A DNA stretch of 64,000 nt from Leptolyngbyaceae cyanobacterium (GTDB taxonomy: Bacteria; Cyanobacteriota; Cyanobacteriia; Phormidesmidales; Phormidesmidaceae), in NCBI GenBank assembly GCA_965263355.1, contig CBDHHL010000032.1, positions 2,336,001 through 2,400,000 of the forward strand, given 5' to 3'. The position numbers and the translations under genes were made by a program. The notes beneath the pieces were generated by a model, which saw only the letters and a list, made by a program, of their open reading frames with translations, was not told where the DNA came from and did not search any database. This document shows positions 30,473 to 40,012 of this stretch, piece after piece. Numbering within the stretch: the stretch's first letter is position 1; every line of letters starts with the position of its first letter.

Positions 30473-31951
30473 TTACTCAGTCTCCCCTATTAGAGAGTTC
30501 TGTGGCAGCGTAATCTCTCCAAAAACAGGACTTACAATATGCCAAAACTGATGAGCAATATCCAAAAGTTGTTGATCTTTGTATAGCGCCCCCACCAGCT
30601 GGCAGCCCAGTGGTAAATTATCCATTGTCTTTCCCAGAGGGATATTCAAAGCAGGTAAACCACATAAGCTCCACAATCCGCAAAATATCGGTGAACCTGT
30701 ATTGAGTAACCCCAAAGGCGCAGGTCCCGTAGTCACCGGACTAATAACAGCATCATATTGAGCAAAGATAGGAGCCAATAGCTCACGGTAGCGCACTCTC
30801 CATTCACAAGCTTGCTTATAGGTATCTTCAGAAATAGCATTTCCCCGTTTCAACCAATCTCGTAATTGTGGAGAACATTGGTCAGGAGACTCCGTCAAAA
30901 GAGCACCATGATTTTGATACAAGCCATAGGCACACAGTTTTCGCACAATATGCCAATACTGATTAAACTCTGTAGGTAACGACACCAGGTCAACGGTCAC
31001 ATGCGCCTGTCTCAATATATCAACAGCTTGCAACAATCGGGATTGGGCCACATTCTCTGCTTGCTTCCAGTGGGGTGTTTGCACTAGCCCTAAACAGATG
31101 GGTCGGGACCTATTCTCCAGCTTTTCAAATACAGACTGTTCAAAGGAAACAATCTCCCTAGAGGACTGACAATCAGGATCTCGAACATCTGGTTTGATCA
31201 AAACAGTGAGCAACCGCTGAATATCATCTAAGCTACGGGCAAACACGCCCACATGATCCAATATCTGAGAAACTGGCATCATACCATAGCGAGAAATTAA
31301 CCCAAAACTAGGCTTAAACCCAAATATCCCGCAGTAGGCCGCTGGTCGTAACGTTGACCCCATGGTTTGTGAGCCAATGGCTAGAGGTACCATACCATCA
31401 GCCACCGCCGCTGCTGAGCCGCTGGAGCTACCACCAGGTGTGTGGGCCATATTGTGGGGATTGGTCGTCGGCCCGGCAGTGGCCGTGGCCAAACCTGTGG
31501 TGACGGTCTTTCCTAAAATGATAGCACCAGCAGATTTAAGGTGTGAGACAACGGCTGCTTCGTGATCCAAATATCGATTTTGATAAAGGTCTGTTCCCCA
31601 ACCAGTGGGCATTTCCAATGTGGCAAAAATATCTTTTACTGCAACTGGTATCCCCAACAGGGGGTAGGTTTCTATAATCTGGCTTCCCTGTTGTTTAAAT
31701 ACCTGTTCCCACTCAGCAACCTGTTTTTTGGCATGGTCAATGTCAAGATATGTCCAGGCATGCACTTGGGGTTCCCGTAATTGAATTCGCTGAAGACATG
31801 CCTGTAATAATTCCGTGATGCTTAACTCCCGGCTAAGCAATCTAACTACACGCCCATGGGGATCGGCCAGCTGCATCTCAATAATGACTCCATTTTGCAG
31901 TTCGTAGCGCTCTGTTTCTGGTTTCCAGGCCAGAAATTCTTGCAATAGCAT
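30473..31951 (-). CDS. Amidase-signature family enzyme with a Uma2-derived N-terminal fragment
   Basis: GIPVAVKD, PGGSSSGSAAAVA, GSQTMGSTLRPAAYCG; first ~27 aa resemble a Uma2 N-terminus. Confidence 0.85.
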   Translation of the reverse strand: MLLQEFLAWKPETERYELQNGVIIEMQLADPHGRVVRLLSRELSITELLQACLQRIQLREPQVHAWTYLDIDHAKKQVAEWEQVFKQQGSQIIETYPLLGIPVAVKDIFATLEMPTGWGTDLYQNRYLDHEAAVVSHLKSAGAIILGKTVTTGLATATAGPTTNPHNMAHTPGGSSSGSAAAVADGMVPLAIGSQTMGSTLRPAAYCGIFGFKPSFGLISRYGMMPVSQILDHVGVFARSLDDIQRLLTVLIKPDVRDPDCQSSREIVSFEQSVFEKLENRSRPICLGLVQTPHWKQAENVAQSRLLQAVDILRQAHVTVDLVSLPTEFNQYWHIVRKLCAYGLYQNHGALLTESPDQCSPQLRDWLKRGNAISEDTYKQACEWRVRYRELLAPIFAQYDAVISPVTTGPAPLGLLNTGSPIFCGLWSLCGLPALNIPLGKTMDNLPLGCQLVGALYKDQQLLDIAHQFWHIVSPVFGEITLPQNSLIGETE

Positions 31952-32078
31952 TTACTTGGGAAGTGCTTAAACCATGGTCTGCGTCAATCCTCTAAATTTA
32001 TGAGCGTTATGGACGATTGCATACCATATTAAACCGTGCCTATGCAGATGCCTGCGATGACTTCGCAATGGGTTAGCC

Positions 32079-32170
32079 TATGCGATGGCCAGTGGCACGG
32101 ATAATCACGCTCGGATCGCATTCAATATTCTGAAGTTAATTGATCATCATTTTGGTGACTCATCTAACTG
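32079..32170 (+). pseudogene. Uma2-family fragment
   Basis: YAMASGTDNHARIAFNI resembles the Uma2 'YAMAGG...H..I..N' segment; truncated at both ends. Confidence 0.5.
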
Positions 32171-32323
32171 CGGCACTGGGCGATGGATGGGATCGAGCAT
32201 TTTGTCATCACCAGTTTCTCAATCCCATCACCGGTCGCCCAGGCTCATTTCAGGCGACTGGCCAGAGAGCGCATCATAGAAGCCTGTACGGTCTCGCTTT
32301 TAGCCTGGTAACACATAGCAGGC

Positions 32324-32455
32324 ACTGGTTCCGTGTAATGGGAAAAATGCCTGAAAGGCCTATAGAGTAACGATTTTAGCGATCTTCTTCTAGATCGGCT
32401 GTATCCCTTGCATTACAAGCGTTTTGGCTGAATCATCCCATCAGGCGGAACCAGT
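32324..32455. mobile_element. MITE-like element with imperfect 20-bp terminal inverted repeats
   Basis: actggttccgtgtaatggga ... tcccatcaggcggaaccagt (16/20 match). Confidence 0.6.
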
Positions 32456-32799
32456 CCCATCAAAACTGTTTTTGTGTTTATTAGAGAATTTAACTGGTAG
32501 CCAGTATCCAAACATAGGTAAGGGCTAGCTACCAGCGATCGCAAATTCTTACGTTGTCAGGCAAGCATTCTGATGTTAAAGCTTGTCGACTAAAGACTAC
32601 AGACTAGATAGGTTTATGGCCTCAATCTACCTTGACTCGCGTTGTCAAGATTGCCATCACCTCATTGGGCCGCCCCGTGGCCAACGGACGACTCCAATCA
32701 TTAGGCTCCGCATAGTTGAGCTTAAACAGCAGGGCAATGGTATTTGGCACCGATGCTAGAATTAATAAGAGCTTTATTCTGCCTGGGACTCAAGCTGCC

Positions 32800-33411
32800 A
32801 TGACTAGTATGCAGATTAAATCCGATTTAACCCCTTTGACAGTGGATTTGTCATCGCTGATGACCCAATCCAGGATGACGGAGGAGCAGTTTTATGCCTT
32901 TTGTCAGTCAAATCGAGATTTGCGCATTGAACGGACAGCGACAGGTGAAGTAATCGTTATGCCTCCAGCATTTTCAGACACCGGAAATCGAAACCTTAAA
33001 ATTGCTCAGCAGGTGGCAAATTGGTCTGATCAAGATGGTACAGGTGAAGTGTTCGACTCAAGTTCAGGGTTTACCCTACCGAATGGTGCCACTAGATCGC
33101 CTGATGTTGCTTGGGTAAAACTGGAGCGATGGAATGCGCTTTCTAAAGAGCAGCAAGCCTCATTTGCGCCCATTTGTCCTGACTTTGTTGTGGAGTTGCA
33201 CTCTGCCAGCGATGTCCTAAAAACATTGCAGGAGAAGATGGAAGAATATATCGACAACGGTGCAGAATTAGGGCTACTCGTTGACCGCAAAAATCGTAAC
33301 GTATATGTATATCGCCCTGGTCAGTCGCCTGAAATTTTGACAAATCCTGATAGCATTAGCTGCGATCCGGAATTATCCGGCTTCTCACTCCAGATGGCCA
33401 AAGTTTGGTAG
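32800..33411 (+). CDS. Uma2 family endonuclease-fold protein
   Basis: VFDSSSGFTLPNGATRSPDVAWV, PICPDFVVEL, KMEEYIDNGAELG. Confidence 0.9.
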   Translation: MTSMQIKSDLTPLTVDLSSLMTQSRMTEEQFYAFCQSNRDLRIERTATGEVIVMPPAFSDTGNRNLKIAQQVANWSDQDGTGEVFDSSSGFTLPNGATRSPDVAWVKLERWNALSKEQQASFAPICPDFVVELHSASDVLKTLQEKMEEYIDNGAELGLLVDRKNRNVYVYRPGQSPEILTNPDSISCDPELSGFSLQMAKVW

Positions 33412-33517
33412 AAAGTATTTTCAGTAGTCAACCAGCCAAGCTTCATCATTAAAGTCCATGCCTGAGATTCCTATCTCCAGCCAAGCAGACCTGCTCAAAA
33501 AACTGAGAAGTCAGTTC

Positions 33518-33780
33518 CCCATATCGAGCAATTCAGCGTAGACAGTATCGAGCAATATAACGAAGGTCTTGGTTTGCTCAAATCGAAAAAATACCATAAG
33601 GCAAAGCAAACGTTCAAAGTGCTTATTTTGTCTTCCCCTGACGATTTTATTGGGTATGAAGGATTGGCACTTGTCTATAAAGCCCAGGGCAAAACTGCTG
33701 AGGCACTATTTCTAATTGGCGAAACAATCAGGCTAGCTCAGCCTCACCTTGAAAATGGCTCCATGGAAATTGAAATGAGG
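33518..33780 (+). pseudogene. TPR protein fragment
   Basis: YNEGLGLL...Y.KA...GYEGLALVYKAQGKTAEA helical pattern; truncated at the NACHT fragment. Confidence 0.5.
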
Positions 33781-34553
33781 TTGCTGTTTTGCTAACCCTA
33801 TAAAGTCAGTTGCCAATGCTCCCAATTCTGCAGCAAATTTATAGGCGACAAAAAACTCTAACAAAGATCGATGAGCTGGAGTATAGTCTCCTTCAGCATT
33901 ACGAATCAACATCGTTTGACTCATCATGTCATGATGCCAATGATCAAGATCTTTTTGCTCTTCAACGGCAGGACCAAAGAGCTTACGAATGCGATCCGGA
34001 AATTCGCGGTAATTAATGCTCATGCGATCTGTCGAAAGCATCTCCCAAGAAAGTTCGCACATGCAATAGAGCTTGTCTGCCATTGACGTAAACGTGCGTT
34101 CAGCTTTAATATCACGTTCCATTTTGTGTTGTACTGCATAGAGATACACTCGTGACATGTCTACCGGTTTGCCTGCCTCGATATCTGGTAGAGCCTCCAA
34201 AACTAACTCTGTTAGTACTGGACGACGAGCCAGGTCTAACAATTGAGGGTTACCCATAATTTGCTCAACAGTGACTGACTGAGCTTGGTATGATAATACT
34301 TGCTGAATCTGTTCGTCGTTAAACTTCTCTAGTTCTAAGATTTCAAACTGAGGCGTCTCTCCCGTCAAATCTTTAGTGGAAGCTTGTAATTCCGCATTGA
34401 GCAAAGCACGGCCTTCCTTAGCTTCTGAAAAATGTTCTGTGCGACAGGTAAGAATAACTTTTGCACCAGGAACTACAACTTTCGCCAGTTCCCAGAAGTT
34501 GTTGATCATCTGTTGACGATCAACACGAGCTGCCATTTCATCAAAGCCATCGA
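33780..34553 (-). pseudogene. Internal NACHT fragment, paralogue of the 8733 gene
   Basis: FDGFDEMAA...[23 protein letters not shown]...[13 protein letters not shown] closely matches the 8733 protein; Walker A and WD40 absent. Confidence 0.85.
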
Positions 34554-34861
34554 ACCAACCTAGTCTACATCAGCTAGGATAGATTCTGTGAGTTTGGCTG
34601 CCGCATCCAAAATGTCAGCCACAAACTAGGGATAGGTTGAGGTTACCCATCACGGCTCTCCTGTTCTTGAGTCTGGCCCATGTATTCAAAAGTAAGGTAT
34701 CCCTTTATAGCAGCTAATCTGATGACTTAAAACTTTGGTTTACTTTCTTTTAATGAGCTTATATTCCCTACCATTTTTGATAAAAGGTAAGGTGGTGGTG
34801 TTAAGACGCAAATATGGCATAAGCCCTTTACTGGGCAGAGTTAATTAAGGTTGGAGTAGCG

Positions 34862-37800
34862 ATGAGACGGTTCAATTTAGATAAGCGCTTATCTTCTCGA
34901 TTTGGGTTAGTTCTGCTAGGAGTATTGGGGTTCGACACTGTCACTCTTGAGATGGTCAATGCCCAGTCTGTAACATCGGCTCAAGATGGGACCGGAACCG
35001 TTGTCGTTCAGAATGGACAGCGCTTTGATGTTGATGAGGGGAGCTTATCGGCAGATGGGAATAAGCTGTTCCATAGCTTTCAATTGTTTCAGCCTAGCAG
35101 TGGGGAAACCGTCAATTTTTTGGCAGAGCCGTCCATCCAAAATATTTTTGCTCGCATTGTTGGTGGTGATCCAGCGGTGATTGATGGCCTGATTCAAGTT
35201 TCAGGCAGTCAGGCTAATCTTTTTTTGATGAATCCAGCGGGGGTAATCTTTGGGCCTAATGCAAGGTTAAATCTACCGGCAGCCTTTACAGCTACCACCG
35301 CCGATGGTATCGGCTTTGGGGCAGATTGGTTTAATGCCGTTGGTAGCAATGATTATTTATCCTTGGTCGGGAATCCGACTACGTTTGCATTTACCCAGAG
35401 CCAGCCTGGTGTTGTTCTTAATCAGGGGGTGTTGACCCTATTGCCCAACCAGACGCTAACGTTACTGGGGGGCACGGTGATTAATACTGGCACGCTATCG
35501 ACGTCTGGGGGACAGATTACGATCGCAACCGTCCCCGGCAAGCAGCTTGTCCGTATGAGTCAGGCAGGGCGATTACTAAATCTAGAATTTACTGAACTCA
35601 CACCTCAAAATTTGGCCACAAATAGGCTGCATTTTTCACCGATCATGTTACCAGAGCTGTTGACTAGTGGTGTGATCAATGATGCGAGTCAATTGGTTGC
35701 TAACACTGATGGTACGGTCAGTCTAAAAGGGTCAACCTTAGCAGTTCCCACTGAACCTGGTACGACCATAGCATCTGGCACCATAACTGTTGCCGACACA
35801 ACTGACACTGGTGGCAATATCACAGTACTGGGTGATCAAGTGGCTGTGCTACAGGCTTTTCTGGATGCATCTGGCACCGATGGTGGTGGTCAGATTCTGG
35901 TGGGAGGCGATTATCAAGGGCAAGGGATCACCCCTCGGGCGACGCAGACATTTATTGGTCAGGATGTTGCGATCGCAGCCGATGCCCAAACCCATGGCGA
36001 TGGAGGGCAAATCATCGTTTGGGCTGATGACACCACAGAATTTTGGGGTCAAATATCGGCAACGGGGGGGGTAAATAGTGGTGATGGCGGCTTTGTTGAA
36101 GTCTCGGGCAAGGAGACTCTCATTTTTCGAGGACTGGCTGATGTGACAACGTTAGCACCGGGAGGTGTCCTTGGTACCCTATTGCTAGACCCAGACGATA
36201 TTCGTATTGTTAACGGCACTGGGGGAAGTAATGATGGTGAGCTGACGGACGCTCAAATATTGTCTGATGATGGAGAAAAAGAGTTTACCCTATCGGAAGT
36301 TACATTAGAAAATTTACTGAGTACAGCTAACGTAGAACTACAGGCTAACAACAATATTATTATTGAAGATCTCTCTGATAACCAATTAACCTTTACTCCA
36401 GGTACTGGTTCAATTACCTTAAAGGCGGATAGTGATCAGAACGGTGTTGGTGACATCACCATGGCTGATAATAACGACACCATTTCAGCAGCCGGACGTT
36501 CTGTTGAATTTACAGGGGTAAATCTACAGTTGGGGGATATTACCACAGCGTCGGAAACAAGTGGTAATATTAGCCTGATCGCAACTCAAACCGTCAATGC
36601 TGCTAATTTAGTCACTCAGTCGGCCCAGGGCTCTGGGGGCAATGTCACAATTACTGCTGGAGATAACATTACCGTAGGGAATATTCTGACCGATGGTACT
36701 GCCAGCAGTGGCAATGTTAGTCTCACTAGTTCAGGGGCAAACAGCAATATCACAGCGGGAAATATTTTAACTGAGGCTACTAACGGTGTTAGCGGTAATG
36801 TGACCCTAACGTCTACCAACCAGGTTATTGGAAACGTAACCGGTGATTTGGTGATTAATGGAGAGGAAGTTGTGAATGAGTCTGATCCCCCGCCTGTTGA
36901 AGAATCTGAGGACTTTGAAGAGAACTTTGACGAGGGTGATGAGGACTTTGACACATTTGATGAGGACTCTGATGTACTCGAAAATGAAACGGATGAGTCT
37001 GACGATAATACCGTAGGTTTTGAGGATGATTCAGAGGAGTTTGGTGACGACGAAGAGTTTGGTGACGACGAGGAGTTTGAGGATGACGACGAGTTTGGTG
37101 ACGACGAGGAGTTTGAGGATGACGACGAGGAGTTTGAGGATGACGACGAGTTTGAGGATATCCCAGATCAGGTTGTTAGAACTGCTTTAAGCCGTAACAA
37201 TGCCAATGCTGCCCTGAAAGCGGTTGAATTACAACGTACCCAAGAGTTTGTTAACTATTTTGGACGTGATCTAGGCGCAACCGAGTTAACGGTACCCCAG
37301 ATTCAGCAGTTGCTTACCCAGGTGAGCACTCAAATTGACAATCAGTCTGTGATTGTATATGTCAAAGCACCAAATCTCTCGATTAGTTCTTCTACCACAG
37401 TTGCGTCTCCATTAGAGCTTTTAATTTTCACATCATCAGGAGAACCCGTGAATTTAACGGTTCCTGATGTCAGCCGGGAAGAGCTGTTTCAGACGATAGG
37501 ACGGTTTCGCAATACCCTAATTACGTCGGCTCGCCGGGGGTCTAAAAGTTATTTAAAGTCTTCTCAACAGCTTTATCAATGGCTGATTAAACCCATTGAA
37601 GATGAATTGGGCTCTGAATCCATAGACACGATTTTATTCTCCATGGATTCCGGATTAAGGAGTTTACCGATTGCAGCGTTGCACGATGGCCAACAGTTTG
37701 TGATCGAAAAATATAGTGTGGGTATGATGCCATCTCTGGGGTTGGTAAATACACAATATCAGCCCCTGGACGATGGGCAGGTACTTGCCATGGGGGCCAG

Positions 37801-38443
37801 TGATTTTCAGGTATTACAACCCCTGCCAGCTGTGCCGCTTGAACTAGAGACGATTGATCAATTATGGGCAGGGCAAGAGTTTTTAAATGAAACCTTTACT
37901 CGTGAGAATCTAGTCCAGCAACGACAGAAAACTCCCTTTCAAATCATCCACCTGGCCACCCATGCAGAGTTTAATCCAGGGGGGGCTGACAAGTCCTACA
38001 TTCAGCTTTGGAATGAGCAACTGAATTTAGATGATGTTTATACTCTGGGCTGGGATGCACCAGCAGTTGATTTACTGGTGCTCTCTGCCTGTCGTACCGC
38101 TGTGGGTAATGCGGAGGCTGAATTGGGCTTTGCGGGTTTGGCAGTGGCTGCTGGAGTGAAATCAGCCATGGCTAGTCTTTGGGCGGTAGATGATGTCGGC
38201 ACCTTAGCCCTGATGAGTGAGTTTTATCATCAGTTGAGGAACAATCGGGTAAAGTCAGAGGCGTTACGTACTGCCCAGTTAGCAATGCTAACGGGGGAAA
38301 CTCGCATTGAAACGGGGCAGTTGTTTAGTGGGCAAGAACAGTTTGCGGTGACACTGCCGCCGGAAATCCCGATTTCATCGACTGCAGATTTATCCCATCC
38401 GTATTACTGGTCCGGTTTTACTATGATTGGCAGTCCTTGGTAG
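34862..38443 (+). CDS. CHAT (caspase-like) protease with filamentous-haemagglutinin N-terminal domain
   Basis: LFHSF, NLFLMNPAG (TPS domain), GGFVEVSG, LLLDP; CHAT dyad HLATH and LSACRT; HPYYWSGF. Confidence 0.9.
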   Translation: MRRFNLDKRLSSRFGLVLLGVLGFDTVTLEMVNAQSVTSAQDGTGTVVVQNGQRFDVDEGSLSADGNKLFHSFQLFQPSSGETVNFLAEPSIQNIFARIVGGDPAVIDGLIQVSGSQANLFLMNPAGVIFGPNARLNLPAAFTATTADGIGFGADWFNAVGSNDYLSLVGNPTTFAFTQSQPGVVLNQGVLTLLPNQTLTLLGGTVINTGTLSTSGGQITIATVPGKQLVRMSQAGRLLNLEFTELTPQNLATNRLHFSPIMLPELLTSGVINDASQLVANTDGTVSLKGSTLAVPTEPGTTIASGTITVADTTDTGGNITVLGDQVAVLQAFLDASGTDGGGQILVGGDYQGQGITPRATQTFIGQDVAIAADAQTHGDGGQIIVWADDTTEFWGQISATGGVNSGDGGFVEVSGKETLIFRGLADVTTLAPGGVLGTLLLDPDDIRIVNGTGGSNDGELTDAQILSDDGEKEFTLSEVTLENLLSTANVELQANNNIIIEDLSDNQLTFTPGTGSITLKADSDQNGVGDITMADNNDTISAAGRSVEFTGVNLQLGDITTASETSGNISLIATQTVNAANLVTQSAQGSGGNVTITAGDNITVGNILTDGTASSGNVSLTSSGANSNITAGNILTEATNGVSGNVTLTSTNQVIGNVTGDLVINGEEVVNESDPPPVEESEDFEENFDEGDEDFDTFDEDSDVLENETDESDDNTVGFEDDSEEFGDDEEFGDDEEFEDDDEFGDDEEFEDDDEEFEDDDEFEDIPDQVVRTALSRNNANAALKAVELQRTQEFVNYFGRDLGATELTVPQIQQLLTQVSTQIDNQSVIVYVKAPNLSISSSTTVASPLELLIFTSSGEPVNLTVPDVSREELFQTIGRFRNTLITSARRGSKSYLKSSQQLYQWLIKPIEDELGSESIDTILFSMDSGLRSLPIAALHDGQQFVIEKYSVGMMPSLGLVNTQYQPLDDGQVLAMGASDFQVLQPLPAVPLELETIDQLWAGQEFLNETFTRENLVQQRQKTPFQIIHLATHAEFNPGGADKSYIQLWNEQLNLDDVYTLGWDAPAVDLLVLSACRTAVGNAEAELGFAGLAVAAGVKSAMASLWAVDDVGTLALMSEFYHQLRNNRVKSEALRTAQLAMLTGETRIETGQLFSGQEQFAVTLPPEIPISSTADLSHPYYWSGFTMIGSPW
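37021..37160 (+). repeat. Acidic tandem repeat (EEF[G/E]DD) inside the CHAT gene
   Basis: Repeated gagtttg(gt/ag)ga(c/t)gac units. Confidence 0.85.
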
Positions 38444-38506
38444 GCTACCACGGCCCCCCCATGTCACCCTATACCTTTCACAATCCTGCCATCTCCCCTG
38501 TGGTTT

Positions 38507-38544
38507 CCCCGGTAGGGGCATTACATGAAATACCTCTACCGGGG
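38507..38544. repeat. REP-like GTAGGGGC palindrome
   Basis: ccccggtaggggc...cctctaccgggg. Confidence 0.6.
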
Positions 38545-38701
38545 GTAGGAAATCCATAAACGCTCTTGGGATCACTTGTGTATACCTCGTAGCCTTGGCA
38601 GAGGAAAGGGTGGCACTTGGAAAATAGGCTGTTTAAGTAATCGCAACTATGCAGGTGTAGTGTAGTTTACGGTTAGGCCGATTACTAAGGTTGCCCTCTC
38701 G

Positions 38702-39751
38702 ATGACGTTGATGACATTGAACGTGCCCAGGTGTTTTCTCAAACAGGTCATACCAAACGCTACACCAGCTGATGCCCCTCCCCGCTCCCTAGGCCTGGGG
38801 AGAATCAGATACAAAAGCCGCAAGCTTGCCCTGGGGCTGGTTCTTTCCCTGGGGTTAATGTTGCTTGACCCCAGTTTAGCCCCCGCATCTGCCCAGGTCT
38901 GTTTTTTTTGGCAAGCCTGTGCGCGACGACGGGGACAGGCGTCTAACACCCGCTCGGGGGGCAAACGCACTGGCTTGATCCGGGGAGGAAATAACCCGGC
39001 TGTGCCCTATGTGATTACCCCTCGTAACACATGGGTTGGCCAACTACCAGACCGGGTTCGCTGGCATGCGGTTGAAGGCACCAAGCGCTATACAGTCCGC
39101 CTATGGTACTGGACCTATGGCCGCAATGCTCCTAGCTCGGTGCTATGGGAAACCACAGTTGATGGGGCAATTAATGAAATCGATTTTCCCACTGTGTCTC
39201 TGGAACTGGGGGGATACTACTCCATTGAGGTGATTACGGATGGTGGGGTATCGTCTAATCTGGATGAAGGGGCTTATTATGCTGGGTTCCAATTGTTAGC
39301 ACCGGAAGATTATGGGCTGTTGCGATCGCACTTAACCCAGGTCAACACCGATAATACATCTGTTTCAGCAGAGGAAGCCACCCTAGCTACAGCTGGAGTC
39401 TATTTCTTAGATGAACTATATGCCGACGCGTTACAAATTTTAGAACCCCTGGCCTTAAGTCCAACTGCCTCTGACTTAGTTTATATAGCCTTAGGGGATA
39501 CCTACAGTGAAACCGGTTTAAATCAGTTGGCGATGACTGCCTACAAGCAGGCCTTAAACATTGCACTAGCCCGGAATGATTTGCTGAGTGAAGCGACCAT
39601 TCGAGTCAAGCTAGCCAATCTCTATTTAATCTTGGAAGACATTGACCAGGCACGACAATTACTATTAGATGCCCGTCAGGTCTATGTTCAATTAGGCGAT
39701 CAATTAGAAATCTCATTACTAGACCGTCGGCTTGGGGCATTAAGTAGATGA
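38702..39751 (+). CDS. Exported DUF928-like / TPR protein
   Basis: Hydrophobic signal ending ASA, RSGGKR motif, LYADAL, C-terminal TPR-like helices. Confidence 0.6.
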   Translation: MTLMTLNVPRCFLKQVIPNATPADAPPRSLGLGRIRYKSRKLALGLVLSLGLMLLDPSLAPASAQVCFFWQACARRRGQASNTRSGGKRTGLIRGGNNPAVPYVITPRNTWVGQLPDRVRWHAVEGTKRYTVRLWYWTYGRNAPSSVLWETTVDGAINEIDFPTVSLELGGYYSIEVITDGGVSSNLDEGAYYAGFQLLAPEDYGLLRSHLTQVNTDNTSVSAEEATLATAGVYFLDELYADALQILEPLALSPTASDLVYIALGDTYSETGLNQLAMTAYKQALNIALARNDLLSEATIRVKLANLYLILEDIDQARQLLLDARQVYVQLGDQLEISLLDRRLGALSR

Positions 39752-40012
39752 ATTTAAATTTGATTAATCCGGAACTATTTGTATAAAGGCAGTATACCTG
39801 CGTAGCCGCTAAATCATACGGAATAGTTTTGGTGTACCCCAAAATCTCTAAAACAGATGCTGCTGTTACTGAACTTCTTAATCGTCAGGCAAACCAGAGT
39901 CGTCTACATGTTGTAGCTGTTATCCCCATTGTTAATTTAAAGCCTTAACTACAGAAAGTAGTTAGGGTCAAAAATCTACCGATATAACATTACGAGCTAA
40001 ACTGGTAGCCCT

